From: an uncultured delta proteobacterium
GTDB lineage: Bacteria > Desulfobacterota > Binatia > HRBIN30 > BPIQ01
DNA length: 64,000 nucleotides
Reading direction: 5' to 3'
NCBI GenBank assembly: GCA_963761335.1
Contig: CAVXGR010000012.1
Coordinates: 224,001-288,000, forward strand
Shown here one piece after another: positions 18,262 through 26,680 of the stretch. How positions within the stretch are numbered: the stretch's first letter is position 1; each line of letters starts with the position of its first letter. A model generated the notes under the pieces. The model was not told the origin of the DNA, ran no database searches, and saw nothing but the letters and a program-made list of their open reading frames with translations. The position numbers were made by a program, and so were the translations under genes.

Positions 18262-19092
18262 ATGAACACCTACATCGGACTAGAGGCGCTGAGGCAACTG
18301 CGCGAGGCGGCCTACGGAATCTTGAGCACGGTTCAGGGATACGCCCGCGAGCTGGCCGCACAGTACGCGACTCTGGAGAAATCACGCGGGAGGCTCACCG
18401 GTCGCGCGTTCGAGGACGACCGCGGAAAGATGCGGGAGGCCGCCGGTCGGCGGGCTGACGAGTATCTGAGTGCTCAGACCGGCACGCTCGACCAGGTCGA
18501 GAAGGCGCTCGCCGAGCAAGGCAAGTGGACGCGCGAGGGCTACTTCAGCCGGGCGCGCTTCGCGCCGCACGCACAGCTGCAAGAAAATTGGGCGCTCGAC
18601 AAGCTCGGCCTACAGCAGGCGGAACGGCAGATGGCCGCGACGCTCGCTGACCTGCCCGAATCGACCGAGGCGTCACGGTGGACGGCGGCAGTGGCGCGCA
18701 TGAGCAGTGACGACCTCCGCGCCATCGCCGCCGACGCCTCCGCCAGCAACTCGCTGGCGCTCGTCGGCGTGCTTGTCCGCGAGGCTCGCTACCGCGCCGA
18801 GACGGGCGGCGAGGCGGGCCGGCACGTGGCGCACGACATCATGCAGCTTGTCGACGCAATCGCCCTGCCCGAGCTGGAGGAGGCGAAGGCGCTGCTCCGG
18901 GAGCTGAGCGAGATCAGGACGTGGGTGAAAGAGGCGCGCCGTGCGTGCCACGAGGGCGACGCGGACCGCTCGCCACGCTGGCAGCAGTCGTTTCGGGTGA
19001 TGGCGGCCCGCGATGCCGGAGAGAGCTGGGCGATGGAGCCGCTCGCCGTTGACCGTCACGGCGTAATCGAGACGCCGGCGCCGGCAGCGTGA
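18262..19092 (+). CDS. Hypothetical all-alpha-helical protein (paralog B)
   Basis: RBS gaggag; helical; aligns by eye with 17527-18180. Confidence 0.75.
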   Translation: MNTYIGLEALRQLREAAYGILSTVQGYARELAAQYATLEKSRGRLTGRAFEDDRGKMREAAGRRADEYLSAQTGTLDQVEKALAEQGKWTREGYFSRARFAPHAQLQENWALDKLGLQQAERQMAATLADLPESTEASRWTAAVARMSSDDLRAIAADASASNSLALVGVLVREARYRAETGGEAGRHVAHDIMQLVDAIALPELEEAKALLRELSEIRTWVKEARRACHEGDADRSPRWQQSFRVMAARDAGESWAMEPLAVDRHGVIETPAPAA

Positions 19093-19298
19093 GGCGTGAG
19101 ACGCACGAGGCGGCGAACGACGGGCCACCTATGCCGCCGTCGCCGCCGTTGCCCGGCGTGGCGGCGCTCCGGTCCGGCGTCTGGTGCGGACGGCCCGGGC
19201 ATCCGCGTGAGATCCTCGCAGCGCGCTCAGAGTGGCACCTGTACCGGCGCGAGCAGGCGTGGCGGTGCCCGGTATGCGGCCGGCCGGCGTGGTGCTGA
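19089..19298 (+). CDS. Small zinc-ribbon-like protein
   Basis: WCGRPGH...WRCPVCGRPAWC; GTGA and TGATG coupled to neighbours. Confidence 0.55.
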   Translation: MRRETHEAANDGPPMPPSPPLPGVAALRSGVWCGRPGHPREILAARSEWHLYRREQAWRCPVCGRPAWC

Positions 19299-19368
19299 TG
19301 CCGTTGAACGCGAAACGGAAGGGAACCCGGAATGAGCACCGATCCGCCCGGCTCCTCGAAGCCGCGGC
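19298..19368 (+). pseudogene. Truncated Hjc-like PD-(D/E)XK nuclease/resolvase (N-terminus only)
   Basis: MPLNAKRKGTRNEHRSARLLEAA resembles the KxKGxxxE...LExxG start of Hjc-type nucleases, then reads into a hairpin. Confidence 0.5.
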
Positions 19369-19413
19369 TCCCGCGGGCGGACGGGCAAAAGAGGCCCGCC
19401 CACCCGCGGGAGC
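19367..19413 (-). terminator. 20-bp stem hairpin downstream of the CLec gene (terminator/stabiliser or DGR-type hairpin)
   Basis: Minus strand gctcccgcgggtgggcgggc-ctctttt-gcccgtccgcccgcgggagc pairs fully with two G:U; no U-tract follows. Confidence 0.55.
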
Positions 19414-19479
19414 TCCACCTCCGCAATTTCGCCAGAGAAGGCCGAAGCGCAAATGGCCGAATGGCCGAAGTAGGTATGA

Positions 19480-20301
19480 CTAGCGGGCGCAGCGAAAGCC
19501 GATGAGGCCGTCCGAGTAGGACGGCGGGTCGTAGCCGACCACGACCAGCGGACCGGCGCTCGTACTGTAGCCGAAGAAGCTGCCGCCGCGCACCAGCGCA
19601 CCGGGCTCTCCCGTGGTCGCTGCTCCCGCCAGGCACTGATAGTCGCCCGTCGGGCTGACGCCGGCGCCCCATGTTCCGCACCCCGTCGAGCGCGGCACCC
19701 AGTCTGCCACCCACTCGTCCAGGTTGCCCACCATATCGAAGGCACCGTCCGACGACACGCAGCTGCTGCGCGAGCCGGTGGGCTTGGCCATGCCGCTGAT
19801 GTTCGTGTTGCAGTCCGTCGTGCCGTTGTCCGGTCCCGGGTCCGGCGTCCCCGCCACCGCCGCCTGCCACTCCGCGTTCGACGGCAGCCGCTTGCCGGCG
19901 TTCTTGCACGCCTGCTGCGCCTGGAACCAGGTGATGACGGCCGACGGCGTCACCCCCTGCAGGCTAACCGCGTAGATGTCACCGGAGCAGTTCTGCCCGC
20001 TGTCGGCGCATGGCGCGTAGTCGTCGGCGCCCGCCGTGCCCAGCTGTGTCGCGCCACCGTTGGCCAGGTCCGTCGCGGTCGCCTTCCCCAGCTGGATCTT
20101 CTTCACCAGCTTCTTGTTTGCCCCCTGCGGATCGGGAACCCGCCACACCGTCGCCTCGTACTTGTCCATGCACACCGTCCCCGACACCACCGCGTCGCTG
20201 CTGCACTTCACCAGCGGCGTCTTCGGAAACCCCGCCAGCGCTGCGCCCGCCACGCCCATCACCAGGCCGGCCGCTGCTAGAATCCCAATCATGCGCTTCA
20301 T
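19480..20301 (-). CDS. Secreted FGE-sulfatase/SUMF1-fold (C-type lectin fold) protein
   Basis: Signal peptide; CMDKYEA, ITWFQAQQAC...GKRLPSNAEWQAA, FDMVGNLDEW, LVRGGSF...IGFRCAR; lacks the FGE catalytic CxxxxC. Confidence 0.88.
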   Translation of the reverse strand: MKRMIGILAAAGLVMGVAGAALAGFPKTPLVKCSSDAVVSGTVCMDKYEATVWRVPDPQGANKKLVKKIQLGKATATDLANGGATQLGTAGADDYAPCADSGQNCSGDIYAVSLQGVTPSAVITWFQAQQACKNAGKRLPSNAEWQAAVAGTPDPGPDNGTTDCNTNISGMAKPTGSRSSCVSSDGAFDMVGNLDEWVADWVPRSTGCGTWGAGVSPTGDYQCLAGAATTGEPGALVRGGSFFGYSTSAGPLVVVGYDPPSYSDGLIGFRCAR

Positions 20302-20765
20302 TCTCGTCTACCTCTTTCGTCTGCTTGCGGCGCTGCAGATCCCGGACCCCCCGGTCCCCCTTCAGCGCTCCGTTTCTCCAGAGACCTCCACCTCGCGCGT
20401 CCCGCAGGCGGACGGGCACACAGACGCCGGCGGCACCCCCTAGAGAGATGACTCGCCGCCGGCTCTTCATGTCTCGTCTCACTCATAGTTCACCCCAGAA
20501 TTGTCATTCAATTAGGGAAAACCCCTAGCTCGTGTACTCGATCGAGATTGGCACCGATATAGGCGTTCACGGTGGCGGAAAGATTGTTCAGCGCGCCGAG
20601 CGGGAAAGGCATGTAAGCCATTATCTCTTCGTGCGCTGGACCGAAGTAGGTCGCCTCCGCAGGCGGTAGCTCGGAGACCTCGGTCGCAATGACTGCTTAG
20701 CAGCGAGCCCGATTTGAAAGGACACTCGCGGGGAAATCAGGACAGTACCGGGCGGGGCGATGCGA

Positions 20766-20803
20766 TTGACTTTGCAGCTCGGCGTGAGTATACGTGACGT
20801 ACA
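20766..20803 (+). promoter_or_regulatory. Putative sigma70 promoter/operator for xre-int
   Basis: TTGACT-17 nt-TATACG; overlapping imperfect direct repeat cgtgagtatac / cgtgacgtacac. Confidence 0.4.
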
Positions 20804-20806
20804 CCA

Positions 20807-20998
20807 ATGAAGGGAAGCGAGCTGAGGGCGTTGAGGCTGCGGATGGGTTGCACGCAGAAGCAACTTGCCCAGCAAGTCGGCGTGACCAAGAACACGGTTG
20901 CGAGATGGGAGCGCGACGAGCTGGGCATGAGGGCATCCGCGGAGCGGCTCATCCGGCTGTTGGCGGCTCAGCACAAACCGCAAAGGAGGAAGAAGTAA
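20807..20998 (+). CDS. XRE/Cro-type HTH regulator
   Basis: ELRALRLRMGCTQKQLAQQVGVTKNTVARWE. Confidence 0.88.
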   Translation: MKGSELRALRLRMGCTQKQLAQQVGVTKNTVARWERDELGMRASAERLIRLLAAQHKPQRRKK

Positions 20999-22167
20999 TG
21001 GCGTGCGTGAAGAAGCGCGGCAACGGCTACCGCGTCGACTGGCGCGACAAGCAGGGCAACCGCTACCGCAAGACGTTCGAGCTGAAGAAAGACGCGACCG
21101 ACTTCCTCGCGTCCATCAAGGTCGAGATGAAGGCGGGCACCTACGTCGCACCAAAGCAGGTGCCAACCTTCAGGGAAGTGGGCGAGCAGTGGTTCGCCAA
21201 CAAACTCGGGATGAAGAATCTCCGGCCCTCGACTCTCGCCGGCTACCGGAAGAACCTTGACCGCTACATCCTGCAAGCCGACTTCGTGGATGCGCGACTC
21301 GATTCCATCGGCGTGGCCGACGTGACAACGTTCCGCAACCAGATCACCGCCAAGCCGGCGAGAAAGAAGGAAGGCCCGACGCTCGCGGCGAAGACCGTCA
21401 ACTACGTGGTGCGCGACCTCGAAGCGGTGTTTGCCTATGCGATGAAGACGCGAGCCGCGGCCTGGAATCCGGCGAGCTGTGTTGACCGGCTGAAGCAGGG
21501 TTCAGGCGAGCACACCGCCGAGGGCGGGGCGGCGCGCACGGACATCGCCGTCACCGAGGACGAGGTGCTCTCTCCGGCCGAATGCCGGAAGCTCATTGAC
21601 GCCGCTGCCGAGGGCTTCGACCGCGCCTTCCTGATGACGGCGGTAATGACCGGCGCTCGGCATGACGAGCTTCTGGCGCTCAGGTGGTCCGACGTGGACT
21701 TTGAGGCGGCAACGCTCCACTTCCGGCGCTCGCTCTCATGGGCGAAGCTGCCGGGCGAGCCGACGCGGGCGCGGTTCTTCGACACCAAGACCGGGGCTAG
21801 GGGAAATCGGAAGCTGCCCTGCCCTGCCGACCTGGCGCTGACGCTCAAGAAGTGGCGCCTTCAGTGCCCGAAGAGCGAGCTTGACCTTGTCTTCCCGTCG
21901 CCGGCCGGGATGCCGCAGCATCGGAGCAACATCCTCCGGCGCGTGCTGCGACCTACGCTCACAAGGGCCGGCTTGCGGACCATCGACCTTCACACGCTGC
22001 GGCACACCTTCTGCTCGGCGCTGTTGGCGGCCGGGACGCCGCCGGCCGAGGTGCAGAGGTACAGCGGGCACGCCCGGCTCTCCACCTTGCTCGACATCTA
22101 CACCCACTTCATCGCAAGCGAGGGCTCGGGCTCCGTTCAGCGGTTCGCGTCCAAGGTGCTCGGGTGA
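20998..22167 (+). CDS. int: Tyrosine recombinase/integrase with N-terminal arm-binding domain
   Basis: TAATG coupling to xre; TGARHDELLAL (R), TKT (K), HTLRHT, SGH and IY catalytic residues; adjacent to the att site. Confidence 0.95.
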   Translation: MACVKKRGNGYRVDWRDKQGNRYRKTFELKKDATDFLASIKVEMKAGTYVAPKQVPTFREVGEQWFANKLGMKNLRPSTLAGYRKNLDRYILQADFVDARLDSIGVADVTTFRNQITAKPARKKEGPTLAAKTVNYVVRDLEAVFAYAMKTRAAAWNPASCVDRLKQGSGEHTAEGGAARTDIAVTEDEVLSPAECRKLIDAAAEGFDRAFLMTAVMTGARHDELLALRWSDVDFEAATLHFRRSLSWAKLPGEPTRARFFDTKTGARGNRKLPCPADLALTLKKWRLQCPKSELDLVFPSPAGMPQHRSNILRRVLRPTLTRAGLRTIDLHTLRHTFCSALLAAGTPPAEVQRYSGHARLSTLLDIYTHFIASEGSGSVQRFASKVLG

Positions 22168-22169
22168 TT

Positions 22170-22232
22170 TTGGACACCTTTTGGACACTTGGGCGCGCCG
22201 GGAATCACCCGGACGCGCCCAAGTGCTTGAAA
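22170..22232. promoter_or_regulatory. Right att arm: tandem TTGGACAC sites, hairpin and IHF-like site
   Basis: TTGGACAC at 22170 and 22181; hairpin cacttgggcgcgccggg-aatca-cccggacgcgcccaagtg (22186-22225); minus-strand tttcaagcacttg is IHF-like. Confidence 0.7.
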
Positions 22233-22238
22233 AATCAG

Positions 22239-22312
22239 TGCCCCCGGCGCGATTCGAACGCACGACCCCAGGATTAGGAATCCTGTGCTCTATCCACCTG
22301 AGCTACGGGGGC
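22239..22312 (-). tRNA. tRNA-Arg(CCT)
   Basis: GCCCCCG TA GCTC AGGTGGATA GAGC A CAGGA TTCCTAA TCCTG GGGTC GTGCG TTCGAAT CGCGC CGGGGGC A folds as a cloverleaf; CCA not encoded. Confidence 0.97.
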
Positions 22313-22402
22313 ACACCTGATTTTCCAGCCACTTACAGCATTCCATCGCGCACTTGTCGAGCCGGGAGGCGGCCACTGTGCCCGGGATTGTGCCTGCACC
22401 GC

Positions 22403-22640
22403 TCAGGGCAATCCCCTCGCGCAGAGAGTTCTCAGGGCAGCTGCGGTTGCCCGCGTGTTCTCTTGAAGCGCCACCGCCAGCTCTATCAGCTCTGCAGTGA
22501 CGGTGCCGTAGAGCCACGCATAGAAACCGCCAACCGCGAAACCCACGACGGCGCCGATGCGCTCGATGGAATACGGATCGGGATCGTTGCGGAACAGAAC
22601 TAAGACGATCACCAGCCCAGAGTCCGAGAAGACCCCATGT
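22403..22640 (-). pseudogene. Possible C-terminal fragment of a small membrane protein
   Basis: IGAVVGFAVGGFYAWLYGTVTAELIELAVALQENTRATA reads as a TM helix plus amphipathic tail; no clear start. Confidence 0.3.
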
Positions 22641-23476
22641 GTTGCCGTGTTGCTCTTGGCGGCCACCCCGGCACGCGCCGTGAACGATTGTGTCGGCGTT
22701 CCCCTGGCTGGCGGCGTCGACATCGGGCCGCTGACCTTGACGAGCTCGTTTCAGTACGTCAGCGGGGATTGTTCGGGAACGACGGGGTGTGGTCATTTCT
22801 TCAATGTGTTGCTGACCGCCGGGGAGTCCATCTGCCTGTCGACGTGCCCGGCGGTTGGTGACGGGACGGCGATGGCAGATTTCGATTCGTTGCTCGCGGC
22901 GTGCGATCCGATGAATATCACCGATGCCGCGGGCTCGACGACGACGGTTGCGGCGAAGCGGAGGGTCCGTGTGTGTTGGAGTTCGCCCCGGGTCTGACGG
23001 ACACGTAGCGCATGGAAATTGGCGGCTACGGTGGTGCGTCTGGGAGTTACCGCTTGGCCTACAAGAGCGGGCCGTGTGGCGCGCCGATTGCGACGCCAAC
23101 CGACGCCGCGACGGCGACAGCGACGGTGACACCAACGCGGACGGCGACGGCAACGCCGACGCCCACCCCCACGGCTAGGGCGACGCAGCCACCACCAACG
23201 AGGGTGCTCTCACCTCCGACGTTGTCGCCCACTCCGATCCCCGGCATCTCCGTCGATGTCCCCTTGTGCGGGACGCCCGGTGCGACGCCAATTACGACGC
23301 TCCACACCGTCGTTGGTGATACGATGATCGACATCGCTCAGGCGTCGCAGCTCAGGACAGGGGTCACCACCATCGACGACCCGGCCACGGACAGCGCGGA
23401 GACGACGCTGTGCGAAGGCCAGGGATCTGAAGCTCATTCTCAATGGGACGATCGCTCCCGCCCCCGCGGTGAATAG
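22637..23476 (+). pseudogene. Disrupted secreted protein with a PPC-like beta domain and Pro/Thr linker
   Basis: VLLLAATPARA...LSTC...ADFDSLL in one frame; after a frameshift near 22935 it reads DDDGCG...LEFAPGLTDT*RMEIGGYGGASGSYRLAY with TAG at 23006-08. Confidence 0.6.
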
Positions 23477-23533
23477 GCGGCGAGACAGCAATCCGACCAT
23501 TGACAAGTGACCATGATCAGATATCAGGAGTCC

Positions 23534-23773
23534 ATGAAGCAGAGTGTCGCCGTCTCCGAACTGAAGACCCACTGCCTTCGGCTCGTCGACCGGGTGGCCC
23601 GTGAACGTCGTGAGCTGATCGTGACCAAGCGCGGCAAGCCGATCGCACGGCTGGTGCCCATGGGCAAGGTCGATGCCGACGAAGCACTCGCCCGGCTGAG
23701 GGGAACGCTGATTGGGGGCAATCGCGTGGAGGATTTCGATACTGGCTCCGTTTGGGAGGCGACGCGGCGTTGA
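23534..23773 (+). CDS. Phd/YefM family antitoxin
   Basis: VAVSELKTHCLRLVDRV....LIVTKRGKPIARLVP; AGGAG RBS. Confidence 0.92.
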   Translation: MKQSVAVSELKTHCLRLVDRVARERRELIVTKRGKPIARLVPMGKVDADEALARLRGTLIGGNRVEDFDTGSVWEATRR

Positions 23774-24171
23774 GCGGCCTGCTTCTCGACACCCACGCGT
23801 GGGTGTGGTGGATCAGCCGCCCCGAGCGACTCTCGCGTCGCCAGCGCAGCAACATCGAGCGCGCCCTGAAGCGGCCCGACGCCGCACTCCTCGTGTCCAT
23901 CATCTCTTGTTGGGAGGTGGCCCTGCTCTGTCAGCACCGTCGCTTCCGCTTTGCCATTCCAGTCGACGCCTGGCTCGAAGAAGCCACCGCGATCCCCGGC
24001 ATTCAGGTCGTTCCGCTGTCGCTGCCAATCATCGTCACCGCGGCGCGGCTCACGGCCTTGCGCGATCCCGCGGACATGTTGATCGTCGCCACGGCACAGC
24101 ATCACGGCGCTCGCCTGGTCACCAGCGATGCACGCATCGGCGAGACCGATCTCGTCGCCGTCATCTCATAG
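23770..24171 (+). CDS. vapC: VapC/PIN-domain toxin
   Basis: LLLDTHAWVWW, VSIISCWEV, RDPADMLIVATA, LVTSD; TTGA overlap with the antitoxin. Confidence 0.92.
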   Translation: MSGLLLDTHAWVWWISRPERLSRRQRSNIERALKRPDAALLVSIISCWEVALLCQHRRFRFAIPVDAWLEEATAIPGIQVVPLSLPIIVTAARLTALRDPADMLIVATAQHHGARLVTSDARIGETDLVAVIS

Positions 24172-24550
24172 GCGGTAGGAGTTGGACGAGGTAATCGAAC
24201 GGGTCGACGCTGCGGGGGATGGCGCTCAGCCCTGCACTCACCGGGGTCCGAGAAAATTTCGGCTACGCACGTCTGCCGAAAGGGCTCCCAGTACCCGACG
24301 CTCCCAACGTCTCGATAATCCTCCGGCGGACTGTATACGGGCACGGTCGCGCCTCTTTTTGTCCGGCATTGGGGGCTCGCTCCGGCCCGGGAATCGCCGT
24401 GCTCTTATTGCACGATCCGCCCGATCGCGACGCGACCGTACGGAAGTCCAGCGCGGCCTGGCGCCCCGACGGGCTGGAGAGCCCCGGGACCAAATCTGCC
24501 GAACGGTGTGGCGCAAAAGGCTCCCCACGGAATCTGTGGCGGTGGTCGAA

Positions 24551-25852
24551 ATGCGTCGCCGACTTTGTAGGCTGGATCCTCGACGTTTGACCATTCGAGA
24601 CGTCCCCTCCTACCTCTACGTCATCCAAGCCGCCTCTGGCGCCAGCGACGGTGAGGTCCTCTCCCTCTCCGGGGTCAAAGATAGCGTCATCCGCTTCACC
24701 GACCGCCCCTATCACCAGGTAGAGAACGTCTCGCTCGAGGAGCTCGCCCACGAATGGCAAGACGGCATCTTCGCCGGCTCCCCGCCCAACGCCGCCGTCT
24801 CCTGGGACGACAACGGCGAGCGAGCCGCCGCCGCCATCGAGATCACGAACTTGACCTATGACGGTGAAACGCTCGCGCTGGCCTACAACGAGCTCAAAGA
24901 CGCGGACATCCTCGGCGCAATGGAGCCGTCGCCCATTCCCGCCGAGCTGACCGACGTCAGCGTCGTCGTCGACGGCACCGCGGGGTACATCGTCATGCCG
25001 TTTTGGATCTGCGAGATCGCCGCAGCCGGCACCCCTGAGCAATGTACGGCACCTACCGCCGACGTTCTCAACGCCTTCAACCTCACCGGGCCCTACCCGC
25101 AGGAGAACATCTCCGGCACTTTCACCGACACGCTCTTCACCACTGGCGGAATCGTCGTCCACGATGCGGCCTCTGAGGCCCTCGCCACCCTCGTCTTCCC
25201 GTGCGATGGGAGTGGGCCGAGCGACGCCTACACTGCCGTGGTCAGCTGGCTCGCATCGACGTTCGACAGTGCCACCTACCCGCCCGTTCCCAGCGGCGAG
25301 CCCGCTTGCGATCCTGCGATTGGCGTGAGCGCAGGATGGTGCGAGGGCACCATCGAGGAGAAGGACCCTCGCAACGTCGTCGAGTGCATCTGGCACTGGA
25401 CCGGTGCCCCGACCCCGGTCCGGACGGCGACACCCAGCCCGACGCCGACTCCCGACTACAGCACCCAGTCATCCGCAGAGATCCTCGCGGAGTTCGCTGA
25501 GGTTCCGCTGGAGCAGCAGCAATTTTGTTTCGAAACGCTGCTGCCGCCGCCCGTCTGCGACAGGGCGAGCGATGTCTTTGCGCAGACCGCCAACGACTTG
25601 ACTGATCTCGCCCTCAGCTTCGATTGCAATTACGAAATCCAAGAGGCCGGGGCCACCGGTTTTACTCCCGACCGCAACACCACCAAGAGCGAAAGCAAGA
25701 CCTACACGCCATCCGCATACAACGAACAGTGGTCGTGCACGTTGTCCGAGACGACGACGACGGATACATCCGGCGCCGTACCGGTGAAAATGGAGAGCTC
25801 GGCGTCGATCGATTGCGTCATTCCTGGGACGTCAGTACACGTACGCGAATAG
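24551..25852 (+). CDS. Hypothetical Cys/Thr-rich extracellular-type protein, 5' end uncertain or lost
   Basis: Convincingly coding from about PSYLYVIQA (FTDRP...SPPNAA domain, PT linker); no signal peptide or RBS evident. Confidence 0.55.
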   Translation: MRRRLCRLDPRRLTIRDVPSYLYVIQAASGASDGEVLSLSGVKDSVIRFTDRPYHQVENVSLEELAHEWQDGIFAGSPPNAAVSWDDNGERAAAAIEITNLTYDGETLALAYNELKDADILGAMEPSPIPAELTDVSVVVDGTAGYIVMPFWICEIAAAGTPEQCTAPTADVLNAFNLTGPYPQENISGTFTDTLFTTGGIVVHDAASEALATLVFPCDGSGPSDAYTAVVSWLASTFDSATYPPVPSGEPACDPAIGVSAGWCEGTIEEKDPRNVVECIWHWTGAPTPVRTATPSPTPTPDYSTQSSAEILAEFAEVPLEQQQFCFETLLPPPVCDRASDVFAQTANDLTDLALSFDCNYEIQEAGATGFTPDRNTTKSESKTYTPSAYNEQWSCTLSETTTTDTSGAVPVKMESSASIDCVIPGTSVHVRE

Positions 25853-26003
25853 CATCGATGGTGGCGGGGCGGGGCATGGATAGGCTTCTCCTCCTGTGGA
25901 CACATTGCAGGTGTTCCCGCATTCCATCGCTCACTTGTCGAGGCGTGCTCCGCCATGGTCGGCTGAGGCGGCGCCTCGACCGAGGGGCGCGGCGCGGCTC
26001 GCC

Positions 26004-26600
26004 TCAGTCGCTCTTGCGACGCAGCTTGTCCTCGAGGCCGGCCTTCACTCGCGGCCATTCGCTGTCGATGATGCCGAAGTGCACAGAGTCGCGCCGCCGG
26101 CCTTGGTGCGCCACCATCTCCTGGCGGAGGATGCCTTCCTGGGTGGCGCCGAGGCGGAGGATGGCGGCGCGGGAGCGCTGGTTGAGGACATCGGTGCGCA
26201 GCGACACACGGATGCAGCCGAGACTTTCGAAGGCGTGGCGCAGCATGAGGTACTTGGCCTCGGTGTTGACCGGGGTGCGCTGCCACGGCGGCGCGATCCA
26301 GGTGTAGCCGATCTCGAGGCTGCGGTTGAACACGTCGAGGTTGGCGAAGCGGGTCGAGCCGACGATGCGGCCCGAGGCCTTGTGGAAGGTGGCGAACGGC
26401 GCCGCCCTGCCGCTCTCCTGCTGCGCCAGCGCCGCTTCGACGTAGACACGCATTTGCGCGGCGCTGCCGATCGGGGCGCTGCCCGTCCACTTCCAGATCT
26501 GGGGGTCGAGGCCGATCTCGGAGAGCGCCGCGCAGTGCGCCAGCGCCAGTGGCTCCAAACGGATATGCTCGCCTTCGAGGGCGACCGGCAGCAGGTTCAT
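26004..26600 (-). CDS. GNAT N-acetyltransferase (RimJ/RimL type)
   Basis: LEGEHIRLEPL, IVGSTRF, EIGYTWI..WQRT.VNTEAK, NQRSRAAILRLGA.QEG. Confidence 0.92.
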   Translation of the reverse strand: MNLLPVALEGEHIRLEPLALAHCAALSEIGLDPQIWKWTGSAPIGSAAQMRVYVEAALAQQESGRAAPFATFHKASGRIVGSTRFANLDVFNRSLEIGYTWIAPPWQRTPVNTEAKYLMLRHAFESLGCIRVSLRTDVLNQRSRAAILRLGATQEGILRQEMVAHQGRRRDSVHFGIIDSEWPRVKAGLEDKLRRKSD

Positions 26601-26680
26601 GCCGATGCGATAGCCGCGGCGGCGAGGCAACGCCAGGCCGATTCGCCGATCGTGCAAGCTTTGCGCTATGCTCGCCGCCG

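Larger units (their letters stand above)
9996..22280. mobile_element. Integrated phage-satellite-like element (~12.2 kb) in tRNA-Arg(CCT)
   Basis: Flanking tRNA-derived direct repeats, tyrosine integrase beside the tRNA, Prim-Pol/helicase, HTH regulators and terminase-like genes. Confidence 0.92.

Noticed and set aside
19480..20301. Active formylglycine-generating enzyme
   Set aside because: It lacks the catalytic CxxxxC segment after RGGS and no sulfatase is adjacent.
20513..20527. TAGGG-AAAAC-CCCTA dyad upstream of the CLec gene as an operator
   Set aside because: Only 5-bp arms and a single occurrence; too weak to call.
19400..20800. Complete diversity-generating retroelement
   Set aside because: No reverse transcriptase, Avd or AAC-rich template repeat found by eye in the window; kept only as a possible remote target.
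20794..20997. N-terminal extension of the integrase in the ORF track
   Set aside because: It overlaps a clear XRE gene in another frame; the likely start is ATG 20998, with an RBS and TAATG coupling.
9996..22280. Complete prophage
   Set aside because: No recognisable portal, capsid, tail or lysis genes, and only 12 kb lies between intact att sites.
24102..24344. 80-aa minus-strand ORF
   Set aside because: It overlaps the vapC 3' end and has no RBS or recognisable motif; possibly a fragment but unsupported.
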